DNA from: Mantamonas sphyraenae STR306
Taxonomy: Eukaryota; Protista; CRuMs
Length of the DNA: 64,000 nt
Reading direction: 5' to 3'
Assembly (NCBI GenBank): GCA_026936335.1
Contig: JAPMXV010000035.1
Location: 62,001 to 126,000, forward strand
A program made the position numbers and the translations under genes. Positions 24,501 through 33,670 of this stretch are shown here, piece after piece. Positions within the stretch are counted from its first letter, which is position 1. The number at the start of each line of letters is the position of its first letter. The notes beneath the pieces were generated by a model. The model ran no database searches. It was not told the origin of the DNA and was given only the letters and a program-made list of their open reading frames with translations.

Positions 24501-26445
24501 CACTATCGCTGGAGATGATGCTGTCGCTGTCGCTTTCGCTATCGACGTCGGTGACGTCAAACTGGTCGATGCGCAGGCCCATGTCCGCCTCTTCGGCACG
24601 AAGGCAGGCATCCAGCACAGACAGCTCTTCACGCAGCGCCTTTTGGTAGTAGGTATACTTGACTTCGAGCTGATCGGCCACGGCTGCATCCTTGGCCTTG
24701 TTCTCCTCTCGCTGGGTGGCCCATGCGTCAGCCTTCTTCTGCAGGTCCTTCAAGCCCTTGTCGTTGCTGTACTTCTCTGTCAGCTTGGTGAGCTCGTCCT
24801 TGCAGGCGTGCGACCACTCGTTGGGTGCATACAGACTGAAGCCCTTGTAGGCGTAAAAGGTGGTCTGCACATGGGTCTGCACCTGGTCCAGGTAGTGGAA
24901 GGCCAGGTTCTGGTTGTACTTGATCCCTGTGCCCACAAAGAACATGCACAGCCGGTCGTTGCTCTGGTGCAAGGCACCCCAGTCTGCATACGAGTAGGTG
25001 TTTGTGTACCCTGGCGAGTTGTCCGCAGTGGCCACGCGCTGGCGGTACGCTTCCTGGACGAGACGGGTGTGCGGATCGCGTGCGCGTGCATGTTGCAGCA
25101 GTGTCACACGGTCGCTGCTGCGCGCCACACCCACCCACTTGATCTTGTCCACAGCCATGACAGTGCCATCCTCCAGCTTGACCTCCGTGGTCATGTCCAC
25201 AGGGTGGTAGGCGATGTTCAGCACAAAGATCGACAGCGAGACAAAGGTGAGCACGTTGAACACAAATCCCAACACGGCAATGGCCTGGCTCAGCTGACTC
25301 AGCGAATCCCAGTTGTTCATGTCGCTGGCAAACATGATGCCAATGAGGGTGCAGCAACCTGCCGATGCAAGCACAAATGCAGCCACATAGGCCTTGGCGT
25401 AGTGCTTGTGGCCAAGCACGTCGATGGGTGCCTTGCCTTCACGCTTGATGATGATGTTCTTGCGGATTTGTTCCATCAGGTTGACACCCTTGATCACAAT
25501 GTCCGTCTTGGTCATCACCGAGTAGAAAATGACCAGGTAGAACAGACACACGAGGGCGTAGCCCACGCAGATGCCCACCACCAGCTGTGGTTCCACCTTG
25601 AGAAAGTCGGTGAGCACAGTGATCAGGGCATACTCGACAAACACCTGCATGAGGGTCAGCAGGGCAAAGATTGTCAACGCAAAGTACCGCGTCTCGTCCT
25701 TCTGGGCTCCCTGCACGAGCTTCTTGAAGAACGTCTTCTTCTCCAACACAATGGGGTTGGTGGGCGTCAGGATCAGAAAAGGCCCCTGCGCGCATGGGAT
25801 TTGGGTGGGAACGTCGGGTTGGCGAACGGGGCTGTGTCAGCAATCGGGGTTGGTCAAGAAGCCGCCAGAATTCGGCCTGAAACCACAAAAGCAAACGCAC
25901 AAAGAGCATGGTGATGGCCGCAAATCCAAACGCCACGCGGAACAGCACAAGGAGGTCCGATGTGTTGACCGGTGCCATGTCCAGAGCAAGTGAGACCATG
26001 CTGGAGGTGTGCGTGTGTGCGTGTGTGAGTGTGAGTGATTTCTGTGCTCAGAGGGCCAGCCTGTGGCTCCGGGACAAGCCGCCTCGCGCGAGGACCACAC
26101 CACACGGACGGGATCGGCGACGTGAAACTCACTTGTATCCAAAGTACCAGGCCGAGCCGAGGAAGCCTCCAGCCAAGTCTGTGTGTGGGGATGGGGGGAG
26201 ACGGGAGGAAGCACAAGGTGAGCGCGGTGCGAGGTGAAGGGAGGCTGGAGGTGCAGTGGAGCTGGCAACGACAGCGTACGTTTGGGGTACTTTTGGGACA
26301 TTTGAAAGGTGGTTTCGATGTACTTCTTGCTGGTGCTGACCACAGCCGTGCCACCGATGGCGCTGGTCATAAAGGCAAGATTGCCCAGCAGCACGTCGTT
26401 GACGCCTGTCCCCGAGCCTGGCGCAGGCGACGCCGTGCCGTTCAT
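21522..26445 (-). CDS. Large multi-pass membrane protein with acidic region, Qc-SNARE-like coil and two SPRY domains
   Basis: Several hydrophobic helices (LLVLFRVAFGFAAITMLFV; YFALTIFALLTLMQVF; AIAVLGFVFNVLTFVSLSIF); LMKDQDKQLQELADQIERTQEIAAKVTEELNIQSEMLEDLD; SPRY YYFEITV...LPGWYNNSYGYHGDDG...YPAVG; second SPRY-like repeat. Frames join by single extra bases at about 25830 and 23196; 5' exons less certain. Confidence 0.65.
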
Positions 26446-26694
26446 GCTGCTGTTGGTACCGTTCCTGTGATGTGATGATGATCCATGAGGGAAAACCAAT
26501 GGGACGAGTGAGCGGGAATGCATGTGCGTGATGTTGTTCTGGGGACGTGTGGCAGGCAAACGCACATGAAGGGCTTTGTTTTCGTTGCCATCTGCGGGGC
26601 ACCCAGGATGGAGATGGATGGATGCACGTCTTGCAATCCCTTCAACCAACTCCCCCCCCCCCCCCTCCCACCTTCCCTCTCCCTCTCTCTGTGT

Positions 26695-28585
26695 CTACTC
26701 GGCCCATCCACCGGCCTTTTCGACGGCCAAGTTCCATCGCTTCCAGCGCTGCTCGCGATCCTCGTCGGACCAATTCTCCGGGGCAAACTCTGTGTCGTCG
26801 CCCTTGGCACAGGCGGCCACGTCGTCGAGGTCAGACCATACACCGACGGCAAGGCCAGCGGCAAAGGCAGCGCCGAGGGCGGTGGACTCTGTGTTTGCGG
26901 GACGGACGACAGACACGTTGAGGATGTCCGCCTGGAGTTGCATGGTCAGGTCGGACTTTGTCATGCCACCATCGACACGAAGGGAGGTGAGCGATACGCC
27001 GGAATCCTTCTGCATGGCCTCCAGCACCTCGCGGGTCTGCCAACACACACTCTCCAATGTGGCGCGTGCAATGTGACACTTGGTGGTGTACTGTGTCATG
27101 CCTACAATGGTGCCACGCGCATCGTCCTGCCAACGGGGTGCAAACAGGCCGGAAAACGCAGTCACAAAGTACACGTCTCCGGTGTCGTCCACCTGTTCCG
27201 CAAGCTCGTTCACCTCCTTCGCCTGCTTGATGATGCCCAGGTTGTCCCGCAGGAACTTGACTGCTGCCCCGGCAATGGCAATCGATCCCTCCAACGCGTA
27301 GCACGGCTTGCTGTCCGCTCCCACCTGGTATGCCACTGTCGTCAGCAGGCCGTGTTTGCTCTGCACTGCGCTTGTGCCCGTGTTCTTCAGCATGAAGCAC
27401 CCTGTGCCGTATGTGTTCTTGGCCTGGCCCGGTTGGAAGCAAGTCTGTCCAAACAACGCCGCCTGTTGGTCTCCCAAACACTGTGTGTGTGTGTGTGTGT
27501 GTGCCCACAAGAGGACAGGACAAAAAGTCAGCGACCCACAATCACACACCACACCTGAGACTCCATCACCATTCCATCGCCCAACACAAACGTACCCCTG
27601 CCACAGGGACGCCCTTGAGGGCACCCGATGCCATGGTGCCATACACCTCGCTGCTGGAGCGGATTTCCGGCAACATGTCCATGTTCACCTCCAGAGCTTC
27701 GCACACGCTGCTGTCCCATTGCAGCGTCTCCAGATTCATCATCATGGTGCGACTGGCATTGGTCACGTCTGTGATGTGTGCTCCTCCCTCCGTCCCTCCC
27801 GTAAGGTTCTGGAAGGGTCCTTGTTGTCAGCGAGCCACGCTCCTCCACCACCCACTTCCACCCCACCCCCTTCCCCCCACTCACCCAGATAAGCCAGGTA
27901 TCAACGGTGCCAAACATGGCATTGCCAGCATCCATGGCCTCCTTGACGGCATCGACGTTGCGCAGGAGCCAGACAAGCTTCATGGCGGAAAAGTAGGTGG
28001 AAAACGGGAGGCCGCAGATGCCACGCCAGGCGTCGACACTGCCATGCTTCTCCACCATTTCCTTTACGAGTCGCTTGGTGCGTGTGTCCAGCCACACAAT
28101 GATGTTGTGCAGGGGCTTGCCTGTGGTGCGGTCCCACACACAGACACTCTCGCGGTGGTTGGTCACACCCACTGCCTTGATGTCCTCCTTGTCCAGACCC
28201 AACATGCTCATGTTGCTCATGGCACTCTCCACACACTCCTCCATCGTTGCAAGCACCTCCACCGGGTCGTGTTCCGCCCACCCTGGTTTAGGCGTAATCT
28301 GCTCAAACTCCCTGCACCCCACCCAGTGACCGTCCCCGGTCAGTTTCAGCAACTCGCTGTGTGTCCCAGTCACAAAACGTCCACTGTGGTTTCAAAACGC
28401 CACAAAAGGGATGTGCATGCTCTCATGGGCTTCCACGGGAGCGCTGGAAACACGCCGTTTCCCTCCCAAACTCACTTTTGCGAAAAGGTCACCAGGTTGG
28501 CCTGCGAATCAAATACCATCGCACGCGAGGACGATGTGCCCTGATCCAGGGCTACCACAAACGGCGGCGCAAAGTTAATGGACAT
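26695..28585 (-). CDS. GK: Glycerol kinase (FGGY family), 4 exons
   Basis: [79 protein letters not shown]. Confidence 0.96.
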
Positions 28586-28682
28586 GGCGTGTCTTGTGTG
28601 TGGAGGGGAGCGGTTTTGTTTTTGGTGTGTTCCTGTGGATTTGCTTGGCGAGCCGCGGGCATGCATTCATGCTAAAAAGTTG

Positions 28683-31092
28683 CTACTGGGGGGCATCTGC
28701 TGATGCTGTGCTGCCGCCCTGGGTGCTGATGTTGCTGTTGTTGTCTGCTTCGTTGCTGCTGCCTGCGTCGTTGCCCTTCCCGCTGTCGCTGTCACCACCG
28801 CCTGTTGTCGCACCTGCACCTGCACCTGCACCGCCACCGCCGCCTCCTCCTGCGTTGGCCGATCGTGTCTCTCCTCCATCGTTGCTTCCATCCCCTCCTG
28901 TGCCGGCGGAACCGTTGCCCGCGCCGTTGTCCGACTCGCTGCCGTTGCCTGCGCCTGAACCGCCGCCCGACGTCATGTTTGCATTGCCAGCGCCTGCGTT
29001 CATGCCGCCTGCGTTGCCCATGTTGCCGCCGCCTGTGTTGGTGTTGACCATGTAGTTGGTGTACATCATGCTCTCGCTCCCCGTGCCGCTGCCTGCCAAA
29101 AACGGAGAAAAGGGCTGCGCCTGGGGCGAGCTGAACCACGGCTGTCCCGGGAAGCCCATCAGGTACTGCTGCTGCATGCCTCCACCCTGCATGGCCATGG
29201 CCTGCATGGCCTGTTGCTGCTGCTGGTTGTCCACGCCGCCGCCGCCCATCATGGCCTGCTGCATCGCCTGCATCTGCAGTGCCATCTGACCCTGTGCCTG
29301 TTCGCCCTGATCCATGGACGAAAAGTCAAACAGGCGATACTCTTGCTGTGCCATGCCTCCGCCTGCCCCGTTGCCCATGCTGCCTCCCATTCCGCCGCCA
29401 CCCACCATCGACACGTTGCCGCCGCCCATCATCCCTCCACCTGCGCCTCCTCCACCCAGATCCTCCTCGCCGTTGTTCAGCAGCTGCCTGCGTACGCCCT
29501 GGCCGCGACCCTTGTGACGTGCGTATGCGCCACCCGACTGCGGCGACAGGCCACCCACGTTGTTGCCTGCCCCGTAGCCGCCGTCCTGTCCCTCGCCACG
29601 ATGGTGATGGTGGCGTTCGCTGCGCGAGCCCTTGACACTGCTGCGGTATCCTCGTTCGTTCGTGTGATTGTTGTTGCGTCGTCCGCCTCCGTTGCGTCCC
29701 TTGCCTCCCGTCGTGTAGGGGCGTCCACCCCTGTCTCCTCCTCCTCCGCGTCCGTTGTTGTTGTTGCGTCCTCCACGCGGCGAGCGATAGTCGTCCTGCG
29801 TGCGCCTTCCTGAACGGTTGCCTCCTGTGCCTCCTCCTCCTCCTCCTGTACGCCTGGCACTCGACTGCGGCGTCTGCCCGCGTCGCTTGTTCTTCATCTC
29901 GCTCGACTCGCAGTACTCCACGCGAAGGCAGCGATCGAACCAGCGTGCGCCGTTTTCGTTTTCGATGGCCAACGCTGCAGCCCTGGTGTCCTTGAAGCGG
30001 ATGAAACTGAACGAGTTGATGGGTGTGAAGGGTGCATCCACACCCTGAGCTGCCAGTTCCTTGCGTCGTTCCATCTGTTCCCGCTGCTGTTCCTTTTGGT
30101 TTTCGTTGAACAGCGTGATGTCCTCAATCGTCCCGTACGCCGCAAACCGCTCCTGCAGGATTTCCTCCGTCACTTCATCCGTGTTGAGGCCTCCCACGTA
30201 GATTTGGTACGGGTTGACACCCAGCGACTCCGGGTCGTTGTTGGACGAGGCCCATTCGACCACCCAGATGCTGCGTTCGTCGTTCACAGCCGCCTGACGC
30301 GCCTGTGCCTCCTCTTCGCTCTCGTCCTCCTGTGGTTCGTCTGTGGCCAGTGCAATGATGTCTTTGAGGGCGTTGAGGGCATCCTCCGCGTCCTCCCGGT
30401 AGGTGAATTTCACAAAGCCGCAGCCGCGGGACTGGCTGCTGTGGTGGTTGAACATCAGTGTCACAGACTCCACCTCGCCGTACTCCTCCATGTACTCCCG
30501 CAGTTTCTGTGCTTCCGAGTCAGTGTATGCAGGCAAGCGGGCGTGGGGCAGGCAAGGCTGCGAAAAGTGTGATCAAGGTTCGAGAGGGAAAAAAGGGGCA
30601 AAGGGGCGAGTGGGGGGCTTGTACAACACCGGCAGACCGTGGCACACGAGTCAACCGTGGAACACCTACCTGCGAGGTGAGGTCGCCAAGCTTGGCGACA
30701 AAGAGGGTGCGGTTGACCTTTGCTCGTTCGACGCGGATACGGCGTTCGTGGAGGTAAACGCCTTGGGTGTGTTCGATCGCCGTGAGCGCATCCTGCACCG
30801 AGTCGTACTGGACAAACGCGTACGGCTTGGCGTTCTTGTCCTTGAGGGTGATCTTGATGACGTTGCCGTACTGTGCAAAGAGGTCCTGCAGGTCGTCTTC
30901 GGTGGCGTCGACCGAGAGGGAGGCGACAAAGAGGCAGGCTGCAGCCGGCCCGCGTGTGCTCTGGTCGGATTGGCTGTCGTTGTCTGTGCCGCTCCCACCA
31001 TCTGTGCTGTTGTTGTTGTTGTTGTTCGTGCTGGTGTTGTTGCTCCCATTGCCTGGGCTGTTGCTGCTGTCGTGTTTGATGTCGTTGCTCAT
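28683..31092 (-). CDS. Rim4-like RNA-binding protein with three RRMs and a G/N/M/Q-rich low-complexity C-terminus
   Basis: RRM1 PAAACLFVASL...KPYAFVQY...GVYLHERRIRVERAKVNRTLF closely matches the remembered yeast Rim4 RRM1 (CIFVASL...RPYAFVQY...AKVNRTL). Intron 30669-30507 restores the frame. Two more RRMs (CGFVKF; IYVGGL...FSFIRF). Confidence 0.8.
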
Positions 31093-31179
31093 GGTGGATG
31101 ACGGGTGGGTGCCGGTGTTGAACGTGCTGTGGTTGCCCCGGCGCTGCACACGCAACCCCCCCACACACACACACACACC

Positions 31180-31380
31180 ATGAACATTCTCCTCCTCATT
31201 CTCGCCTCCTTGCTGCAGATCAAGATCACCAACAACAGGGACATCCCCACCTGGGTCATCCTCGTGGCTGTCCTCGCCCTCGTCGCCGTCCTTGCCTTTG
31301 CCGTCAAGACCGTCCTCGACGCAGAGGCCGAGGCTGAGGTGCCCAAGAAGAAGGCACGCGACCGCAGCAAGCGCAAGTGA
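31180..31380 (+). CDS. Small (66 aa) membrane protein with basic tail
   Basis: accATG context, C/G-ending codons, hydrophobic WVILVAVLALVAVLAFAV followed by KKKARDRSKRK*. Confidence 0.55.
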   Translation: MNILLLILASLLQIKITNNRDIPTWVILVAVLALVAVLAFAVKTVLDAEAEAEVPKKKARDRSKRK

Positions 31381-31693
31381 GCACCCTCCCTCCTGTGTTT
31401 GGTTTCCTCACACCCGTCTCCCATGCATCCCATGCGAGTGACTTGGGGCCCAGCAGCGGCCAGAGAGGGGTTGTGCGCTGCCAGGCAATGCAACCAGCCC
31501 GTTTCTTCTCCCTCTGAGCATCATCAACACCTCTCTCGCATTCTCCACATGCTTCCCCCATCCAACAACCCATCTGTCTTGCGCTGTCCCTGCACGTACG
31601 TGAGCACCTGCTGCATGCGCACGCTGCATGCTCAGCCTGCCGTTCGTCGAGCTCGACCAGCGACTGCGTCAGCTGCACTACAGTAACCCTTGC

Positions 31694-31695
<2 letters not shown>

Positions 31696-31721
<26 letters not shown>
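31696..31721 (+). repeat. (CA)n microsatellite; similar tracts near 27482-27503, 33609-33635, 51250-51272 and 59573-59616
   Basis: Directly visible dinucleotide runs in introns and spacers. Confidence 0.9.
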
Positions 31722-31724
<3 letters not shown>

Positions 31725-31742
31725 TCACGCATCCACATCCAC

Positions 31743-31988
31743 ATGACGCTCACATTGGTGGTCATCACTCCCGAGGGTCAGGAGAACGAGTCCTACCCGA
31801 TTGACTTTGAGATTGCAAACAGCGTGGGAGAGTTCCGTGCTGTGGCGTGCGAACTCACGGGACGCGCTCAATTGAGGCTCATTTTCGCAGGCAGGGTCCT
31901 CAACAACGACGAATCCCGCTTGGTGGACACAGGCGTGAGCAAAGAGAGCACCCTGCATGCACTTCCTGTGGCTGACGGCCAGGAGTGA
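31743..31988 (+). CDS. Stand-alone ubiquitin-like domain protein (81 aa) without C-terminal di-Gly
   Basis: SVGEFR...QLRLIFAGRVLNNDESRLVDTGVSKESTLH follows the ubiquitin pattern; ends PVADGQE*. Confidence 0.75.
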   Translation: MTLTLVVITPEGQENESYPIDFEIANSVGEFRAVACELTGRAQLRLIFAGRVLNNDESRLVDTGVSKESTLHALPVADGQE

Positions 31989-32098
31989 CACTTGCAGCTG
32001 GCCAAAACACGTTTGCAGAAAAATCCAAAACGCGACTTCATCCTTCGCCGCGACTCTCGCTCCCACGCGCACCCTCCCTCCCCCGTGCCCATCGATCA

Positions 32099-32893
32099 TC
32101 ACTTGTCAAACGTGAGACCGCGCTTCATAATCTCCTGAAGCTCCTGCTGTCGCTCCCTTGCCCTGATCCTCCTGTTGGAGAACCAGCCGTTGAGCTGCTT
32201 GAGGGTCAGCTTGCGGTCGCCCAGGTGGACGTTTTGGTTGGCCTCATCCAACAGCTTCTGCTTCTGTTGGGCCGTGGGGAAGGGTCGCGAGAGATGTGCG
32301 TTGAACCAGGTGGTCATCACCTCCACCGCAGTGTCGGACAGTGGGTTTTTGCTACGAGACTTGCCGTTGGGGTTGTATGGCACAATGGTGGTCTCCTTGA
32401 AGGTTTGCAGGCTTCGTTGCAGCTGAGCGTTGTTTGAGTTCTCGAGAACCGAGGTGTTTGCCCTCTCGTTGGCAGCCTCGTTGGCAGCACACTGCCGGAG
32501 TCGTTGCAGGCCATGGATGATGGCCAGGCGTTGTTGCTGCACCTCCAGCTCACTGTCGGCTGATTCCATGGTCGATGAAGAGGACGACGACGTGTTGGCA
32601 AGCTCAACCATCTTCTTGGCGGCGGTGGCAAACGCGGCGAGGATCTGCTTCCCGCGAATGTTGTCCTCATGCAGTCCCAGGTCGCTGGCTTCCAATTGCA
32701 TCAGCTTGTCGGTTTCCTCGGTGTATTCGCTCATTGTCATCGTCTGCGTGGGCACCTGGGCAAAGCCCAAGCTTGGGTCGGCTGTCTGCGCATCAGACAA
32801 GATCTTGTCTCGCACAGCACTCAACGAGATCGAAGAGCGTTCTCGCTTCCTTTCAGACTTTACTTCGTAGCCTTCGAGCTTGGGCAGGGTCAT
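32099..32893 (-). CDS. TALE homeodomain protein A (264 aa, intronless), PBX-like helix 3, 9-aa insertion between helices 2 and 3
   Basis: MTLPKLEGYEV start at 32893; TAVEVMTTWFNAHLSRPFPTAQQKQKLLDEANQNVHLGDRKLTLKQLNGWFSNRRIR. Confidence 0.88.
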   Translation of the reverse strand: MTLPKLEGYEVKSERKRERSSISLSAVRDKILSDAQTADPSLGFAQVPTQTMTMSEYTEETDKLMQLEASDLGLHEDNIRGKQILAAFATAAKKMVELANTSSSSSSTMESADSELEVQQQRLAIIHGLQRLRQCAANEAANERANTSVLENSNNAQLQRSLQTFKETTIVPYNPNGKSRSKNPLSDTAVEVMTTWFNAHLSRPFPTAQQKQKLLDEANQNVHLGDRKLTLKQLNGWFSNRRIRARERQQELQEIMKRGLTFDK

Positions 32894-32963
32894 TCTGGAT
32901 TGATTGGATGCGTGTGCGCGGGATCGAGACCAACTTTGGAAAGCGAGACGCAGTGGTTGCATC
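32894..32963. promoter_or_regulatory. 70-bp bidirectional spacer between the two homeobox genes, containing GGATTGATTGGATG
   Basis: ATG-to-ATG distance seen directly. The motif reads CCAATCAATCC on the minus strand (CCAAT box) and contains TGATTG, which resembles a PBX half-site; function inferred. Confidence 0.5.
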
Positions 32964-33602
32964 ATGCTGCCCAAACTCCCTGGATACCAGGTTGTACCCG
33001 AAGTATCCATCTCTGCTGAAGACCACCCTCTCACAGAGGTCCGGGACTTGATTGCAAAGTACTGCGTGTCCGAGATCGAGTCGCAGAAGTGGTTGACAAA
33101 AAGGAAGATTCAGAAAAAGCTCCAGCAGCTGCTCGACGAACGGAAAGAGGCACTCCAAGACTGCATAGGAATCAGTGACGTACTGGACGCAAATTTGAAA
33201 GAAGCCATCGGAGCCACCATCTCCTCAGCCCTCCGCACATCCAAGGCTCTGAAACAACTCACGTCGCAAATGGCACGGATCACGCTGGAGGTGAAGGACA
33301 GCGAAACAACTACGGCCAAAGAGGAAAGCGGAAGCAGAAAGCGCACCATTTCCATCCCCAACAACTCCATGGCCAACCTGTTCAACCCAGAAGACTCACG
33401 TCGCAAGCGCAAGCGACTCCCCAAGACTGCCGTTGAGGTGATGACCACGTGGATGTTTGACCACAAGGACTTCCCCTACCCAACCCACGAGGAAAAGGTG
33501 GATCTGGCCGAACGCGGAGGCTGCACCATCCGCCAACTGGACAATTGGATGATCAACTTTCGCCGTCGCCGCGGCCGGGAGCTCGCAATCAGCAAGAAAT
33601 GA
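32964..33602 (+). CDS. TALE homeodomain protein B (212 aa, intronless), MEIS/KNOX-like Ile50 with divergent helix 3
   Basis: MLPKLPGYQV start at 32964; RRKRKRLPKTAVEVMTTWMFDHKDFPYPTHEEKVDLAERGGCTIRQLDNWMINFRRRR. Confidence 0.92.
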   Translation: MLPKLPGYQVVPEVSISAEDHPLTEVRDLIAKYCVSEIESQKWLTKRKIQKKLQQLLDERKEALQDCIGISDVLDANLKEAIGATISSALRTSKALKQLTSQMARITLEVKDSETTTAKEESGSRKRTISIPNNSMANLFNPEDSRRKRKRLPKTAVEVMTTWMFDHKDFPYPTHEEKVDLAERGGCTIRQLDNWMINFRRRRGRELAISKK

Positions 33603-33670
33603 GTCACATCACACACACACACACACACACACACAACACATAGCCACTTTTCCATTGTTGCACCTGCGTT

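Noticed and set aside
26652-26664. Long C or G homopolymers (also 49742-49753)
   Set aside because: Non-coding, length unreliable in this assembly, no evidence of function.
31315-31380. DAEAEAE resembling a pheromone-precursor spacer
   Set aside because: Not preceded by a KR site, no repeated peptide and no CAAX; it follows a TM helix.
32894-33034. Overlap of the two homeobox ORFs in the ORF track
   Set aside because: Caused by GTG/TTG starts; the matching ATG-initiated N-termini at 32893 and 32964 do not overlap.
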